A DNA stretch of 64,000 bases, from contig JAXLXC010000003.1 of the NCBI GenBank assembly GCA_046328155.1, positions 55,873-119,872 on the forward strand. Reading direction: 5' to 3'. Both the position numbers and the translations under genes were made by a program. Position 1 is the stretch's first letter; every line of letters starts with the position of its first letter. The notes beneath the pieces were generated by a model. It made no database searches and was not told the origin of the DNA. It worked only from the letters and a program-made list of their open reading frames with translations. Source of the stretch: Chloroflexota bacterium (GTDB taxonomy: Bacteria > Chloroflexota > Limnocylindria > Limnocylindrales > CSP1-4). This document shows, piece by piece, positions 27,221-39,263 of the stretch.

Positions 27221-28558
27221 ATGGCCATCGACCGCGTGGCGACGGGTCTGACGCAGGACGAGATCGTGGCACTCAGCAAGCGCCACTCGCTGTACGAATG
27301 GTCGGCGCAGAGTGCCGTGGACCCCATCCCGGTGGCGCGCGCCGAGGGCGTCTACTTCTACTCGCCGGACGGCACCCGCTACCTCGACTTCAACAGCCAG
27401 CTGATGTCCGTGAACATCGGCCACGGCGACCGTCGAGTGATCGAGGCCATCAGCGCGCAGCTGGGGACGCTCGCGTACGCCAACCCGTTCATGGCCACCG
27501 AGCCACGCGCGCGGCTGGGCCAGAAGCTGGCGCAGATCACGCCCGGCGACATCGACGTGTTCTTCTTCACCAACGGCGGCGCCGAGGCCAACGAGAACGC
27601 CATCCAGCTCGCCCGTCAGTTCACGGGGCGCCACAAGATCCTGACCCGATATCGCTCCTATCACGGGGCCACGGGCCAGGCCATCGTGGCCACCGGCGAC
27701 CCCCGGCGTTGGGCGGCCGAGACGGGCGTCTCGGGTCACGTCCGGTTCCCGGACTTCCATCGCTGGGGCAAGCGCGACCCCGAGCCGGTCGAGGAGAGCC
27801 TCGCCGCGCTCGAGGAGGTCATCATGTTCGAGGGCCCGCAGACCATCGCGGGCATCCTCGTCGAGACCGTCGTGGGCACCAACGGCATCCTCATCCCTTC
27901 CGACGGCTACATGCAGGGGCTGCGCGCCATCTGCGACCGCCATGGGATCCTGCTCATCGCGGACGAGGTGATGGCGGGCTTCGGTCGGACCGGGCGCTGG
28001 TTCGCCGTCGACCACTGGGACGTGGTCCCCGACCTCATCACCATGGCCAAGGGCCTGACCGCGTCGTATGTCCCGCTGGGCGCCGTGGGCATGCGCCGGT
28101 CCATCGCGGACGCGTTCGCGGACCGCCCGTTCTATGGCGGCCTCACCTACAACTCCCATCCCGTGGGGTGCGCCGCCGCGCTCGCGACCATCGCGGTGTA
28201 CGAGGACGACGGGCTCATCGAACGCGCCGCGCGCATGGGCGAGGTGCTGCGGGGCCACCATGCCGCGCTGTACCAGAAGCACCCCAGCCTGGGCGCCGGG
28301 CGGAGCATCGGGCTGTTCGGGATCCTCGAGCTGGTGCGCGACCGCACGACCTACGAGCCGCTGGCGCCGTACAACGGCGCCTCGGACGAGACCAAGGCGG
28401 TCGGGAAGTACCTGCGCGACCATGGCCTGTACACGTTCGTGCGCTGGAACACGATCATGACCAACCCGCCGCTCACCATCACCGAGGACGAGCTGGCCGA
28501 GGGCTTCGCGATCATCGATGCGGCCCTCGACATCGCCGACCAGGGCGTCCGCGCCTGA
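27221..28558 (+). CDS. Class-III (omega) pyridoxal-phosphate aminotransferase
   Basis: 445 aa from the ATG at 27221 (GGAGGAGG RBS). ...FFTNGGAEANENAIQLAR...LLIADEVMAGFGRTGRWFAVDHWDVVPDLITMAKGLTASYVPLGA... (PLP lysine motif). Confidence 0.85.
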   Translation: MAIDRVATGLTQDEIVALSKRHSLYEWSAQSAVDPIPVARAEGVYFYSPDGTRYLDFNSQLMSVNIGHGDRRVIEAISAQLGTLAYANPFMATEPRARLGQKLAQITPGDIDVFFFTNGGAEANENAIQLARQFTGRHKILTRYRSYHGATGQAIVATGDPRRWAAETGVSGHVRFPDFHRWGKRDPEPVEESLAALEEVIMFEGPQTIAGILVETVVGTNGILIPSDGYMQGLRAICDRHGILLIADEVMAGFGRTGRWFAVDHWDVVPDLITMAKGLTASYVPLGAVGMRRSIADAFADRPFYGGLTYNSHPVGCAAALATIAVYEDDGLIERAARMGEVLRGHHAALYQKHPSLGAGRSIGLFGILELVRDRTTYEPLAPYNGASDETKAVGKYLRDHGLYTFVRWNTIMTNPPLTITEDELAEGFAIIDAALDIADQGVRA

Positions 28559-29477
28559 CCGGGGCCTGTCTGGGGGACGCGGCGTGAGCGAGGGACGCTC
28601 CGCGGCCAGGGGCGTGCTGCGCACGATCCTCCTGATGGCTGGCTTCCTGGCCGTCGTGATGGTCGTCTGGGAGGCGTTCAAGTGGCTGTTCGGCGACCCA
28701 TGGCGGCTCGATGACATCCTGGGCACCGGCGTCAGCTACTACCACCGGCCGCCATTCGACTTGCTCCAGGCCAACGACATCCAGCTGCCCCATGTCTGGT
28801 CCATCGTGGGCGCCCTGCTCGAGCCGGTGCAGCGCAACCAGGATCAGACGCTGCTCGGGTTCCTGGTGTCCGCGGCCGCCTACACCTTGGGCGAGGCGCT
28901 CATCGGGTTCGCCATCGGGGCGCTCATCGGGATCACCCTGGCCGCGATCTTCGTGCACTCGCTGTTCGCGGAGCGCGCGTTCATGCCCTACGTCATCGCC
29001 AGCCAGACCATCCCCATCGTGGCGCTCGCGCCCATCATCGTGGTGGGCTTCGGGCGTGGGCTCACGTCCGTGGTCATCATCGCCACGTACCTCACGTTCT
29101 TCCCGGTGACCATCTCCCAGATGCGCGGCCTGCGCTCGCCCGACCCCCGCTCGCTGGAGCTGATGCGCTCCTACGCGGCGAGCCGCTGGCAGGTGCTGTG
29201 GAAGGTGCGCATGCCCGCCTCGTTGCCGTACCTGTTCACGGCGCTCAAGGTGGCCGCCGCGGCCGCCATCGTGGGTGCCATCATCGGCGAGGGCCCGGGT
29301 GGCGTGAAGGACGGCCTGGGGCGCGCCATCGTCAACTTCAACCAGCAGTACATCACCGGGCCGGAGAAGCTGTGGGCCACCATCCTCATCGCCTCGCTCA
29401 CCGGGATCCTGTTCTTCCTGTGCGTGCGGATCGCGGAGGCCATCACGCTGCGTCGGCGGGGGTCCGCCCATGTCTGA
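28518..29477 (+). CDS. ABC transporter permease (NitT/TauT family)
   Basis: Binding-protein-dependent inner-membrane component signature ...TISQMRGLRSPDPRSLELMRSYAASRWQVLWKVRMPASLPYLFTALKVAAAAAIVGAIIGE.. The start may be the GTG at 28584. Confidence 0.75.
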   Translation: MRPSTSPTRASAPDRGLSGGRGVSEGRSAARGVLRTILLMAGFLAVVMVVWEAFKWLFGDPWRLDDILGTGVSYYHRPPFDLLQANDIQLPHVWSIVGALLEPVQRNQDQTLLGFLVSAAAYTLGEALIGFAIGALIGITLAAIFVHSLFAERAFMPYVIASQTIPIVALAPIIVVGFGRGLTSVVIIATYLTFFPVTISQMRGLRSPDPRSLELMRSYAASRWQVLWKVRMPASLPYLFTALKVAAAAAIVGAIIGEGPGGVKDGLGRAIVNFNQQYITGPEKLWATILIASLTGILFFLCVRIAEAITLRRRGSAHV

Positions 29478-30339
29478 GCCGATGACCGGGTCACCGTCCG
29501 CACCGGTCGCAGCCCAGCCCGGGCCGTCGGTCCGGCTGGCCGGCGTCCACAAGTCGTTCCCGGTCAAGGGCGGCTCGGTGACGGTCGCGCTCGAGGACAT
29601 CTCGCTGGGCATCGCGAAGGGCGAGTTCGTGTCGCTCATCGGGCCGTCCGGCTGCGGCAAATCGACGCTGCTGCGGATCGTGGGCGACCTCATCGAGCCC
29701 ACGGCGGGGGCGGTGGAGGTCAACGGCAAGCCCGCCCACCAGGCGCGTCTCGACCGTGACTACGGGATGGTGTTCCAGGCGCCGGTGCTGTTCGACTGGC
29801 GCACCGTGGAGGCCAACGTGCGGCTGCCGCTGGAGCTGATGGGCGGCGCCACGGGCCAGGACCGGGACCGCCGGGTGCGCGAGATGCTCGACCTGGTGGG
29901 TCTCGCGGACTTCGCGCGCCACCATCCCCACCAGCTCTCGGGGGGGATGCAGCAGCGCGCCGCCATCGCGAGGGCGCTGGTGTTCGAGCCGGCGCTGCTG
30001 CTCATGGACGAGCCCTTCGGGGCGCTCGACGAGATGACCCGCGAGCGGCTCAACGGCGAGGTGCTCAAGGTCTGGGGCCGCACCGGCACGACCGTCATCT
30101 TCGTGACCCACTCGATCCCGGAGGCCGTGTTCCTGTCCACGCGCGTGGTGGTCATGAGCCCGCGCCCGGGTCGGATCAGCGAGGTCATCGACATCGACCT
30201 GCCCCAGCCTCGGACCGAGGAGACCCGCGAGAGCGAGCGCTACTTCGAGCTGGTCACCCAGGTCCGCGAGGCGCTGCGCGCCCAGCACGGTGGCGGCGCG
30301 TCGGCGGCACGCGCGCGAGCCGAGGGTGGCATCGGATGA
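29470..30339 (+). CDS. ABC transporter ATP-binding protein (NitT/TauT family)
   Basis: Walker [13 protein letters not shown], signature LSGGMQQRAAIARAL, Walker B LLLMDEPFGALD. Confidence 0.85.
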   Translation: MSEPMTGSPSAPVAAQPGPSVRLAGVHKSFPVKGGSVTVALEDISLGIAKGEFVSLIGPSGCGKSTLLRIVGDLIEPTAGAVEVNGKPAHQARLDRDYGMVFQAPVLFDWRTVEANVRLPLELMGGATGQDRDRRVREMLDLVGLADFARHHPHQLSGGMQQRAAIARALVFEPALLLMDEPFGALDEMTRERLNGEVLKVWGRTGTTVIFVTHSIPEAVFLSTRVVVMSPRPGRISEVIDIDLPQPRTEETRESERYFELVTQVREALRAQHGGGASAARARAEGGIG

Positions 30340-31154
30340 CGGCGGCGACGCCGGCCCGGGCGGCCACGCCCCGCGCGGCGCCAGGTCGCGAGATCGCGTC
30401 GTCGCTGGGGCGGCTCGTGCCGCCCCTGCTCGTGTTCCTCGTGGCCATCGCCATCTGGGAGGTCGTCACCGCAGGGCCCGGGCGGCGTGTCATCCCGCCC
30501 CCATCGTCCATCCTGGCCGCCATCGCACGGGAGCAGGACCTGCTGCTCAAGTCGGCCATGGCGACCTTCACCGAGGCGCTGGGCGGCCTGGCCATCGGCA
30601 CCATCGCGGGAATCCTCATCGGCTTCGCCACCGCCCGCTGGGCCGTCGCTCGGGACATCCTGGTGCCCCTCGCCATCGGCGCCAGCACCATCCCGCTCAT
30701 CGCCATCGCGCCCATCATCGGCAACTGGTTCGGGGTGCTCAACCCGCTGTCCAAGATGATGATGGCGGCGCTGCTGGTGTTCTTCCCCGTGGTCATCAAC
30801 GTCATCCGGGGCCTCGTGGAGGTGCACCCGTCGCAGCTGGAGCTGATGCGCTCCTATGCCTCGAGCGAGTCGGTCGTGCTGCGCAAGGTCCGGGTGCCCA
30901 ACATGCTGCCGTTCCTGTTCACGGCGCTCAAGGTCGCGGCCACGCTCGCGTTCATCGGCGCCATCGTGGCGGAGTACTTCGGTGGGACGTCCGCGGTCAT
31001 CGGGCGCGTCGTGCTCACGTCGATGAGCTCGGGCAGCTTCGACCTCGCCTGGGCGGGCATCCTCGTGGGTGCGCTGGGCGCCATGGCCGCGTACATCGTG
31101 GTGGTCCTGGTGGAGCGTCTGGTCATCCCGTGGAGCCCCTCGCTCCGTAGCTGA
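30336..31154 (+). CDS. ABC transporter permease (second NitT/TauT-family permease)
   Basis: ...MRSYASSESVVLRKVRVPNMLPFLFTALKVAATLAFIGAIVAEYFGG..., paralogous to the 28518-29477 product. Confidence 0.8.
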   Translation: MTAATPARAATPRAAPGREIASSLGRLVPPLLVFLVAIAIWEVVTAGPGRRVIPPPSSILAAIAREQDLLLKSAMATFTEALGGLAIGTIAGILIGFATARWAVARDILVPLAIGASTIPLIAIAPIIGNWFGVLNPLSKMMMAALLVFFPVVINVIRGLVEVHPSQLELMRSYASSESVVLRKVRVPNMLPFLFTALKVAATLAFIGAIVAEYFGGTSAVIGRVVLTSMSSGSFDLAWAGILVGALGAMAAYIVVVLVERLVIPWSPSLRS

Positions 31155-31303
31155 CCCGCGCGGTCACCGATCTGCCACCCGCAGCGGGGTTCGCGTGGGG
31201 CGCGGGGTGCGGTATCGTGCGCGGCACCGTACCGGAGGGCGCCGGAGGAGCGCCCCGGGAGAGGAGTCCGGGTCCCGGTGCCCGGAGCAGTCGAGGAGTG
31301 CGC

Positions 31304-32396
31304 ATGCGGAGCTCACGCAAGGCCCTGGTCCCCGTCGTGGCGGGTGGCCTGGTGCTCATGTCCGTGGCGGGGGTGGGGGCACAGGACGCCTCGCCGGCCG
31401 CCGAGCTCACCCCGGTGAGCCTCCAGCTCCAGTGGTCGCCACAGGCCCAGTTCGCGGGCTACTTCGCGGCGCGCGACGAGGGCTTCTGGGCCGCCCAGGG
31501 CCTGGACGTGACGATCCTCGATGGCGGCCCGGACGTGGTGCCCCAGGTCGTCGGCTCCGACCCGGCTGGCCCGGAGTTCACCATCAGCTGGGTGCCCAAG
31601 GTCCTCGAGGTCCGCGACAAGGGCCAGTCGGACCTGGTCAACATCGCCCAGATGTTCCAGCGCTCGGGCACGCTGTCGGTCTCATGGGCCGACAACGGCA
31701 TCCTGCCCGGCTGACTTCAAGGGCAAGAAGGTCGGCGTCTGGGACTTCGGCAACGAGTACGAGGTCACCGCGGGCGCCAAGGCCGCAGCGGGCCTGACCG
31801 AGGGCACCGACTACGAGAAGGTCATCCAGCCGTTCGACATGTCGCTCCTGCTCAACAAGGAGATCGACGTCGCCGAGGCGATGATCTACAACGAGTACGC
31901 CCAGGTGCTCGAGGCGACCAACCCCGACACCGGTGAGCTGTATCAGCCCACCGACCTCAACGTCATCAACTACAACGACGTGGGGACCGCGATGCTCCAG
32001 GACGCCATCTTCGCGCGCGAGGCATGGCTCGCCGAGGAGGGCAACGAGGACGTCGCCACCCGGTTCCTGGTGGGCGCGTTCCAGGGCTGGCAGTTCTGCC
32101 GCGACAACCCGGACGCGTGCATCCAGCACACCGTCGACGCCGGCTCCACGCTGGGCGCGGGCCATCAGGCGTGGATGATGAACGAGATCAACCCCCTCAT
32201 CTGGCCCTCCGAGGGTGGCATCGGCTCGATGCCCACCGCCACGTGGGACCAGACGGTCCAGATCGCGACCGACGCGGGCATCATCGCCGCGGCCCCGGCC
32301 GAGGGCGCCTATCGCACGGACCTGGCCGACGCGGCACGGGCCCAGGTCGAGGGCGACGTCAACGGCGCGGACTTCGTCAAGGGTACGTCACGGTGA
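31304..32396 (+). CDS. NMT1/THI5-like ABC substrate-binding protein, frameshifted near 31706-31714 as sequenced
   Basis: Signal peptide + ...LQLQWSPQAQFAGYFAARDEGFWAAQGLDVTILDGG... in one frame ends at ILPG*. It continues as DFKGKKVGVWDFGNEYEV...VINYNDVGTAMLQDAIFAREAW... in another frame (31521-32396 ORF). Confidence 0.7.
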
Positions 32397-32577
32397 CGGC
32401 CGGCGGCGAGTAGCCGTCCCACCTGCGACACCAGCGAGGGGCCGGTCCTGCGAGGGACCGGCCCCTTTCTCGTCCTGCCCGCCTATCATGGGGCCCCGCG
32501 GGGTGCCCGACCGCGTGCCAGCCGAGCAGGGGTCGTTGGGGGGCGACGCCTGGCCACCAGCAGCGGAGGTGTGGCGG

Positions 32578-33369
32578 ATGTCCGAACCGGAGGAAGGCGC
32601 GGTCGCGACCGTCGCGGTCGAGGCGGCTGGGGCCGCGGACGCGGCGGGGGCCGCAGCCACGGCCGGGGCCACGGCTGGCAGCGCACGTCCCCCCATGGGG
32701 CTGCGCTACTGGGAGCGCCGCAAGGACCTGCTGTACTACCAGGTCGTGCGCATCCTGGCCGACGGGCTCTCGGAGGGCGCCCAGTCGGTGCTCGACGTGG
32801 GTTCCCACGGCAGCCCCTACCTCGAGTGGTTCGAGGACCTGCCCATCCGGACCTCGCTGGACCTGGCGGAGGCGTACCGCGCGGAGGGCGTCACGTCCAT
32901 CGTCAGCGACTTCCTGACCTGGCAGCCCGACCGCCGCTACGACCTGGTGCTGTGCCTCCAGGTCCTGGAGCACGTCCCGGACGCGCGCGCGTTCGCGCGC
33001 AAGCTGCTCGCGTCGGGGCGCATCGTCATCATCTCGGTGCCCTACCGCTGGCGCCCCGGCAAGAGCAAGAACCACGTCCAGGACCCGGTGACGATGGGCA
33101 AGATCGTGGGCTGGTTCGGGCGCAGGCCCAACTACGCGCACCTGGTGGCGGAGCCGGCGATGGGCACCGGGCGGATCGTGTGCGTGTTCGAGGAGGACCA
33201 CGCGGCCCTGGTCGTCGCTCGCGGTGCGGGCCGGCAAGCGCGGGTTCATGCCGCCAAGGGGATCCCGCCCTACGGCCAGCAGCCGCTGACCATCCGGCAG
33301 AGCGCGAAGGCGCTCGTGGTCGCGGTCCGTCGTCGCATCCGCGCCACGTGGCGGCGCCTGCGTCGCTAG
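32578..33369 (+). CDS. Class-I SAM-dependent methyltransferase
   Basis: ATG at 32578 with GGAGG upstream. ...[17 protein letters not shown]...[23 protein letters not shown]... Confidence 0.7.
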   Translation: MSEPEEGAVATVAVEAAGAADAAGAAATAGATAGSARPPMGLRYWERRKDLLYYQVVRILADGLSEGAQSVLDVGSHGSPYLEWFEDLPIRTSLDLAEAYRAEGVTSIVSDFLTWQPDRRYDLVLCLQVLEHVPDARAFARKLLASGRIVIISVPYRWRPGKSKNHVQDPVTMGKIVGWFGRRPNYAHLVAEPAMGTGRIVCVFEEDHAALVVARGAGRQARVHAAKGIPPYGQQPLTIRQSAKALVVAVRRRIRATWRRLRR

Positions 33370-34047
33370 GGCCCCGCGACGGGCGACGAGGCGTGACGCC
33401 TACGCGCCGCCGTGCCGAACTGCCGGTCCCGGCGTCGCCCAGGCCGGGCATGATGTAGCCGCGCTCGTTGAGCTGGCGGTCGAGCGCCGCGCAGTGGATG
33501 TCCACGTCCGGGTGGGCCGCCGTCACCACGCGCACCCCCTCGGGCGCCGCGATGAGGTTGATGAGCTTGATTCGCACGGCGCCCCACTGCTTGAGCACCT
33601 CGATGGCCGCCGTGGCGGACCCACCGGTCGCCAGCATGGGGTCGAGGATGAGGCACAGGTCGACCGTCGCCTGGTCGGGCAGCTTGTTGTAGTACTCCAC
33701 GGGTCGCAGCGTGCGCTCGTCCCGGAACAGGCCCAGGTGCCACACCTGCGCCGTGGGCATCAGCTCCAGCATGGCGTCGACCATGCCCAGGCCGCCCGCA
33801 GGATGGGCACCAGGCCGATCCGGTCGGCCAGCCGGCGGCCCTCGGTCTCCTCCAGGGGCGTCCGAACCGTGACCGGGGCGAGCCGCGCATCGGCGAGCGC
33901 CTCGTAGCCCACGAGCCAGCTGATCTCGCGCACCAGCTCCCGGAACTTCTTGTGCTCGGTCGTCACGTCGCGCAGCAGCGCCAGCTTGTGGAGGACCGCG
34001 GGATGGTCCGAGACATGGAGCGTGGGATGGTCGGGATGCGTCGGCAC
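33369..34047 (-). CDS. upp: Uracil phosphoribosyltransferase, interrupted by two 1-nt G-run deletions as sequenced
   Basis: N-terminal [50 protein letters not shown]...VPILRA in one frame. It continues [39 protein letters not shown]...[12 protein letters not shown]...GLGDAG in another. The expected C-terminus GDAGDRQFGT is restored if GGG is GGGG near 33425. Confidence 0.75.
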
Positions 34048-34103
34048 GGCCGAATGGTATCGCCGGCGACCGCGCCGCGTCGCCTGCGCGGTACCATCGC
34101 GGC

Positions 34104-35241
34104 GTGCCCAGACCTGCAGGCGTCGCGGCCGCGCGCGCCACCCGACGGAGCTCCTCCGCGGTCCCGCGCTACCCGCGTGCGGCTGCCCCGCCGGTGCTCG
34201 TCGAGGTGCGCCGCGGGGGCATCGTGGAGAGTCGCCACCGAGGCCACGTGGTCCAGGTCAGCGCGCAGGGCGACATCGAGCGCGCCATCGGCAATCCACC
34301 GTCGAGGTCACGCTCCGGTCGGCGGTCAAGCCGTTCGCGCTGGTGGCGCTCATCCAGATCCGGGGCCGCCGACGAGCCGTCTGTCGCCCAGGAGCTGGCG
34401 GTGATGGCCGCGTCCCCGGCGAGGACCGCCACGTGCGGACGCTGCAAGGCGTGTTCCGGCGCGCCGGCGTGAGCCAGTCGCTGCTGCGCTGCGGCGCGGC
34501 CATGCCCAGCGACCGGCGGACGGCCGCACGTCTGGCGCGCGATGGCGAGGAGGCCGGCCCGATCCGGCACCAGTGCTCGGGCTTCCACGCGGCGAGCATC
34601 CTGGTGTCGCGGGTCGCCGACTGGTCGCTGGAGGACTACGACCGACCCGAGCATCCCAGCCAGGTGGCGGTCCGGGCCGCTGTGGCGACGGCATTCGGGG
34701 TCACGCCGCGGGCGCTCCGCACGGCGACCGACGACTGCGGCCTGCAGACCTACCTGTTCCCGCTGGTCGACGTGGCGCGTGCCTTCGCGCTGCTCGCCGA
34801 CCCAGCCGGGTCGACCGGGCCGGACGATGGGCGAGCCGCGCTGGTGGCGCCGCTGACGCGTGTCGGGACGCGATGCTCGGGGCACCCGACATGGTGGGCG
34901 GCACCGATGGCGTGCTGGACACGCTGCTGATGCAGACGCTCGCCGGCCGCGCCGTGTCCAAGGGCGGCGCCGAGGGCCTCCGGGGCGTGGGGCTGCTGCC
35001 CGCCGCACGGGGCACGGGCAAGCCCGCGGCCGGCGTCGCGGTGCGCATCGACGACGGCGACCTCGGCGCGCGCCAGCACGCAGTCACCCTGGAGGCGCTC
35101 GACCAGCTGGGAGTGCTCGACGACCGGGCGAGGCGCCTGCTGGCGCTCCACCACCGTCCCGTCGTGCGGTCACCCGGCGGCGACCTGATCGCGGAGGTCG
35201 TGCCGGAGTTCGGACTGGCGCCGATATCGGAGCTGGGATAG
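34104..35241 (+). CDS. Asparaginase_II-family protein, fragmented by at least 4 frameshifts as sequenced
   Basis: Segments in alternating frames: [36 protein letters not shown] / [17 protein letters not shown] / [19 protein letters not shown] / [32 protein letters not shown]...[16 protein letters not shown]...[18 protein letters not shown]...[23 protein letters not shown] / ...[21 protein letters not shown]...[13 protein letters not shown]...[10 protein letters not shown]... Boundaries are approximate. Confidence 0.55.
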
Positions 35242-35251
35242 CGTTCCGTCG

Positions 35252-36043
35252 GTGAACGGCATGCGACAGCCCCCCGACCCGTACCGGGAGCTGGGCGTGC
35301 CCCGGGGCGCCACGGACGACCAGATCAAGGCGGCCCATCGCCGGTTGGCGAAGCGGTACCACCCCGATGCCTCCTCGGGCGAGCGAGAGCGGTTCCTCGC
35401 CATCCAGGAGGCCTACCTGCTGCTGGCCGACCCGCTGCGACGGCGGGAGTGGGATGCACGTCACGCACCGGGGCCCGTGCGGGCACCGACCGGACCCACC
35501 CACGGCGCCCCCATGGCGCGGTCGCGCCGCGGCGCCACCCCGACCCGATGTCACGAGCACGACCGCACGCGCCTCTCGGGGCACCACGCGCGGCGGCGCG
35601 CAGGCTGGCCGGCCCTCTGCACCGCCACCGCGCGAGCCGGGGACCCAGTCGTACACGTGGTCGGCGGCGGGGGTGCCATGGTGGGAGGACTTCCAGCCCA
35701 AGGCGGGCCCGGACATGGCCGACCCGGCGGGCCTACGAGCCCGGCACGCCCATCGGCGCGTCGGGGCGGCCCCGGTGGCGAGGGTCGCCATGACGCCGAC
35801 CCATACGGCAGGTCCAACGGCACGGCCTGGTCCAGTGCCGCGCGCCCGCTTCCTCCGCCAGGGGGACGCGGACCTGCCCGGGGCGGCCAGTTCCGATGCC
35901 GGGGCACCCAGGTGGTGACCGGCGCCGAGGCCCGCCGCGTCGCCGACGAGGAGCTCCGACGCGCCCAGGCCCCCGCCACACCCTCACCGCCCCTGCCGCA
36001 GTCGGGGCTCCTCGCGCGGCTTCGGAGGCTCCTGGGCGGCTGA
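35252..36043 (+). CDS. J-domain (DnaJ-like) protein with a low-complexity C-terminal region
   Basis: N-terminal J domain DPYRELGVPRGATDDQIKAAHRRLAKRYHPDASSGERERFLAIQEAYLLLADPLRRREWD with an HPD motif. The downstream part is Gly/Pro/Arg-rich and may include undetected frameshifts; an alternative frame reads ...YTWSAAGVPWWEDFQPKAG... Confidence 0.55.
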   Translation: MNGMRQPPDPYRELGVPRGATDDQIKAAHRRLAKRYHPDASSGERERFLAIQEAYLLLADPLRRREWDARHAPGPVRAPTGPTHGAPMARSRRGATPTRCHEHDRTRLSGHHARRRAGWPALCTATARAGDPVVHVVGGGGAMVGGLPAQGGPGHGRPGGPTSPARPSARRGGPGGEGRHDADPYGRSNGTAWSSAARPLPPPGGRGPARGGQFRCRGTQVVTGAEARRVADEELRRAQAPATPSPPLPQSGLLARLRRLLGG

Positions 36044-37587
<1,544 letters not shown>

Positions 37588-37654
37588 CGATCCGCCTGAC
37601 AGGTGTCCGTCCCATGCTCCGCGGCACGCAACCACCGCAAGGAGGTCGGCTGAC

Positions 37655-38104
37655 ATGGTGACGCTCTCGCATGCCCAGTTCCAGCAGTGGCTGGACCGCT
37701 ATGTCGCGGCTTGGAAGAGCTACGACCCACAGGCGATCGGGGACCTGTTCTCGGACGGCGCCTGGTACCGCTACCACCCCGAGGACGAACCGGTGACGGG
37801 TCGGTCGGCCATCGTCGCCGACTGGCTGGACGGCCCGGACGAGCCGGGCACCTATGACGGGCGGTACGAGCCACTGGCCATCGACCCCACCAACGGCCAT
37901 CACGTCGCACGTGGCTGGACGCGCTACTTCACCACCGCTGGCGACCTGCGCGACGAGTACTGGAACGTGTATCTCGTGACCTTCGATGACGAGGGCCTGG
38001 CGAGCTCGTTCACCGAGTGGTGGATCCAGGACCGCGAGTTCGCGCACATGGCCAGCGTGGCGGCCGTCGACCGGGCGCTCGCCAAAGCTGGTGGCGCCGC
38101 CTGA
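37655..38104 (+). CDS. NTF2-like / SnoaL-like domain protein
   Basis: ATG at 37655 with AAGGAGG upstream. MVTLSHAQFQQWLDRYVAAWKSYDPQAIGDLFSDGAWYRYHPEDEPVTGRSAIVADWL... Confidence 0.65.
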   Translation: MVTLSHAQFQQWLDRYVAAWKSYDPQAIGDLFSDGAWYRYHPEDEPVTGRSAIVADWLDGPDEPGTYDGRYEPLAIDPTNGHHVARGWTRYFTTAGDLRDEYWNVYLVTFDDEGLASSFTEWWIQDREFAHMASVAAVDRALAKAGGAA

Positions 38105-38129
38105 CACCACCACGCCGTGATGGGTGCCG

Positions 38130-39120
38130 TCACGGCGCGTCCCGAATCGACGGTCGCGCGGTCGGTTCGAGGTCGTCGAGCCCCTCGAAGGCGACGTCGG
38201 CGACGCCCGCGAATCGCCGCTGCATCACCCTGATCGCATCGGGATTGCTGTCGGCGAGCAGGAACCTGCGCCCGAGTTCGTTGGCGGCCACGCCTGTCGT
38301 GCCACTCCCAGCGAAGAAGTCCGCGTTGACCACCCGGTGGCGATGCCCTGGACGATCGCCTCCAGGACGCCCAGTGGCTTCTGGTTCGGGTACCCCGTCC
38401 TCTCACGACCGTTGGTGGGCACGATGGGTGTGCCACCAGGTGTCGATTGTAGCTTCCCGGTGGCCTTCTCAGGCCCGACCAGCCCCGGGGCCATGTAGGG
38501 AATGCGTTCCACGGCCTCGACGTCGATAGTAGCCGCTGGGGTCCTTGGCATACATGAGGATGTCATGCTTGGTCGGCCAGCGCCGTCTCCGTCCTCGCGC
38601 CATAGTCGTATGCCCAGATGATCTCGTTCACGAAGCCAGTCCCGCCCAAAGATGTCATCGAGCAGGATCACACCGGTAGTGGACTTGCGATAGATACATG
38701 GAAATACAGCAGGCCCGCATTCGAGAGGACTCGCCGGAATTCGCGAAGGCGAGGCTCCAGGAACGCCAGGTAGTCGTCGAAGGTGTCCTGGTACCTCGTG
38801 GTTCCCACCTTCACGCTCGTGTACCTGCGCCCCTGGTAGCCGACTCGAGTCCCGTCGGGATCGTGGGTGGTCCTGAGTCGAGTCATCGTCTGATACCCGC
38901 CAGTGTTGAACGGTGGGTCGACATAGATCAAGTCGACAGACTCCGCATCCAGGAGTCGCACGGCATCGAGGTTGTCGCCAAGGACGACACGGTTGGCCGT
39001 CACGCAGGGACCCTCGCGGCGGTCGGCGCGACTTGGACGCCCTGCCCACCTGCCTCGTGCGTCGTCAACGGTTCGCCTGGCACGCAGTCGGCTGATCCGT
39101 TGGGCGGGCGGCGTGGTGGC
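38130..39120 (-). CDS. N4/N6 DNA methyltransferase (DNA methylase N-4/N-6 domain), orphan, in a low-GC islet; fragmented by at least 2 frameshifts as sequenced
   Basis: Three consecutive minus-strand frames give ...NRVVLGDNLDAVRLLDAESVDLIYVDPPFNTGG... (DPPF catalytic motif), then ...ILLDDIFGRDWLR...VERIPYMAPGLVGPEKA...NQKPLGVLEAIVQG..., then ...DFFAGSGTTGVAANELGRRFLLADSNPDAIRVMQRRFAG (AdoMet motif). Local GC is about 58-60 % against about 71 % for the flanks. Confidence 0.65.
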
Positions 39121-39263
39121 CATGTGACCGACCGGTCCCGGCCTCCGCCATGTCCATGCACCCAAGGCTAGCATCCGGCCTCCGTCCGGGAGGGAGGGCC
39201 AGCCCTCGCCCCTGTCGCGAGGCTTCGAACAGCGCGTTAACAGTCGATGCGTAGCATTGCCCT

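Noticed and set aside
38105-38129. Possible bidirectional terminator hairpin (GCCGTGA...TCACGGC) between the convergent NTF2-like and DNA methyltransferase genes
   Set aside because: The stem is only 7 bp with a 9-nt loop, there is no U-tract, and it partly overlaps the methyltransferase 3' end. Such hairpins are common by chance at this GC content.
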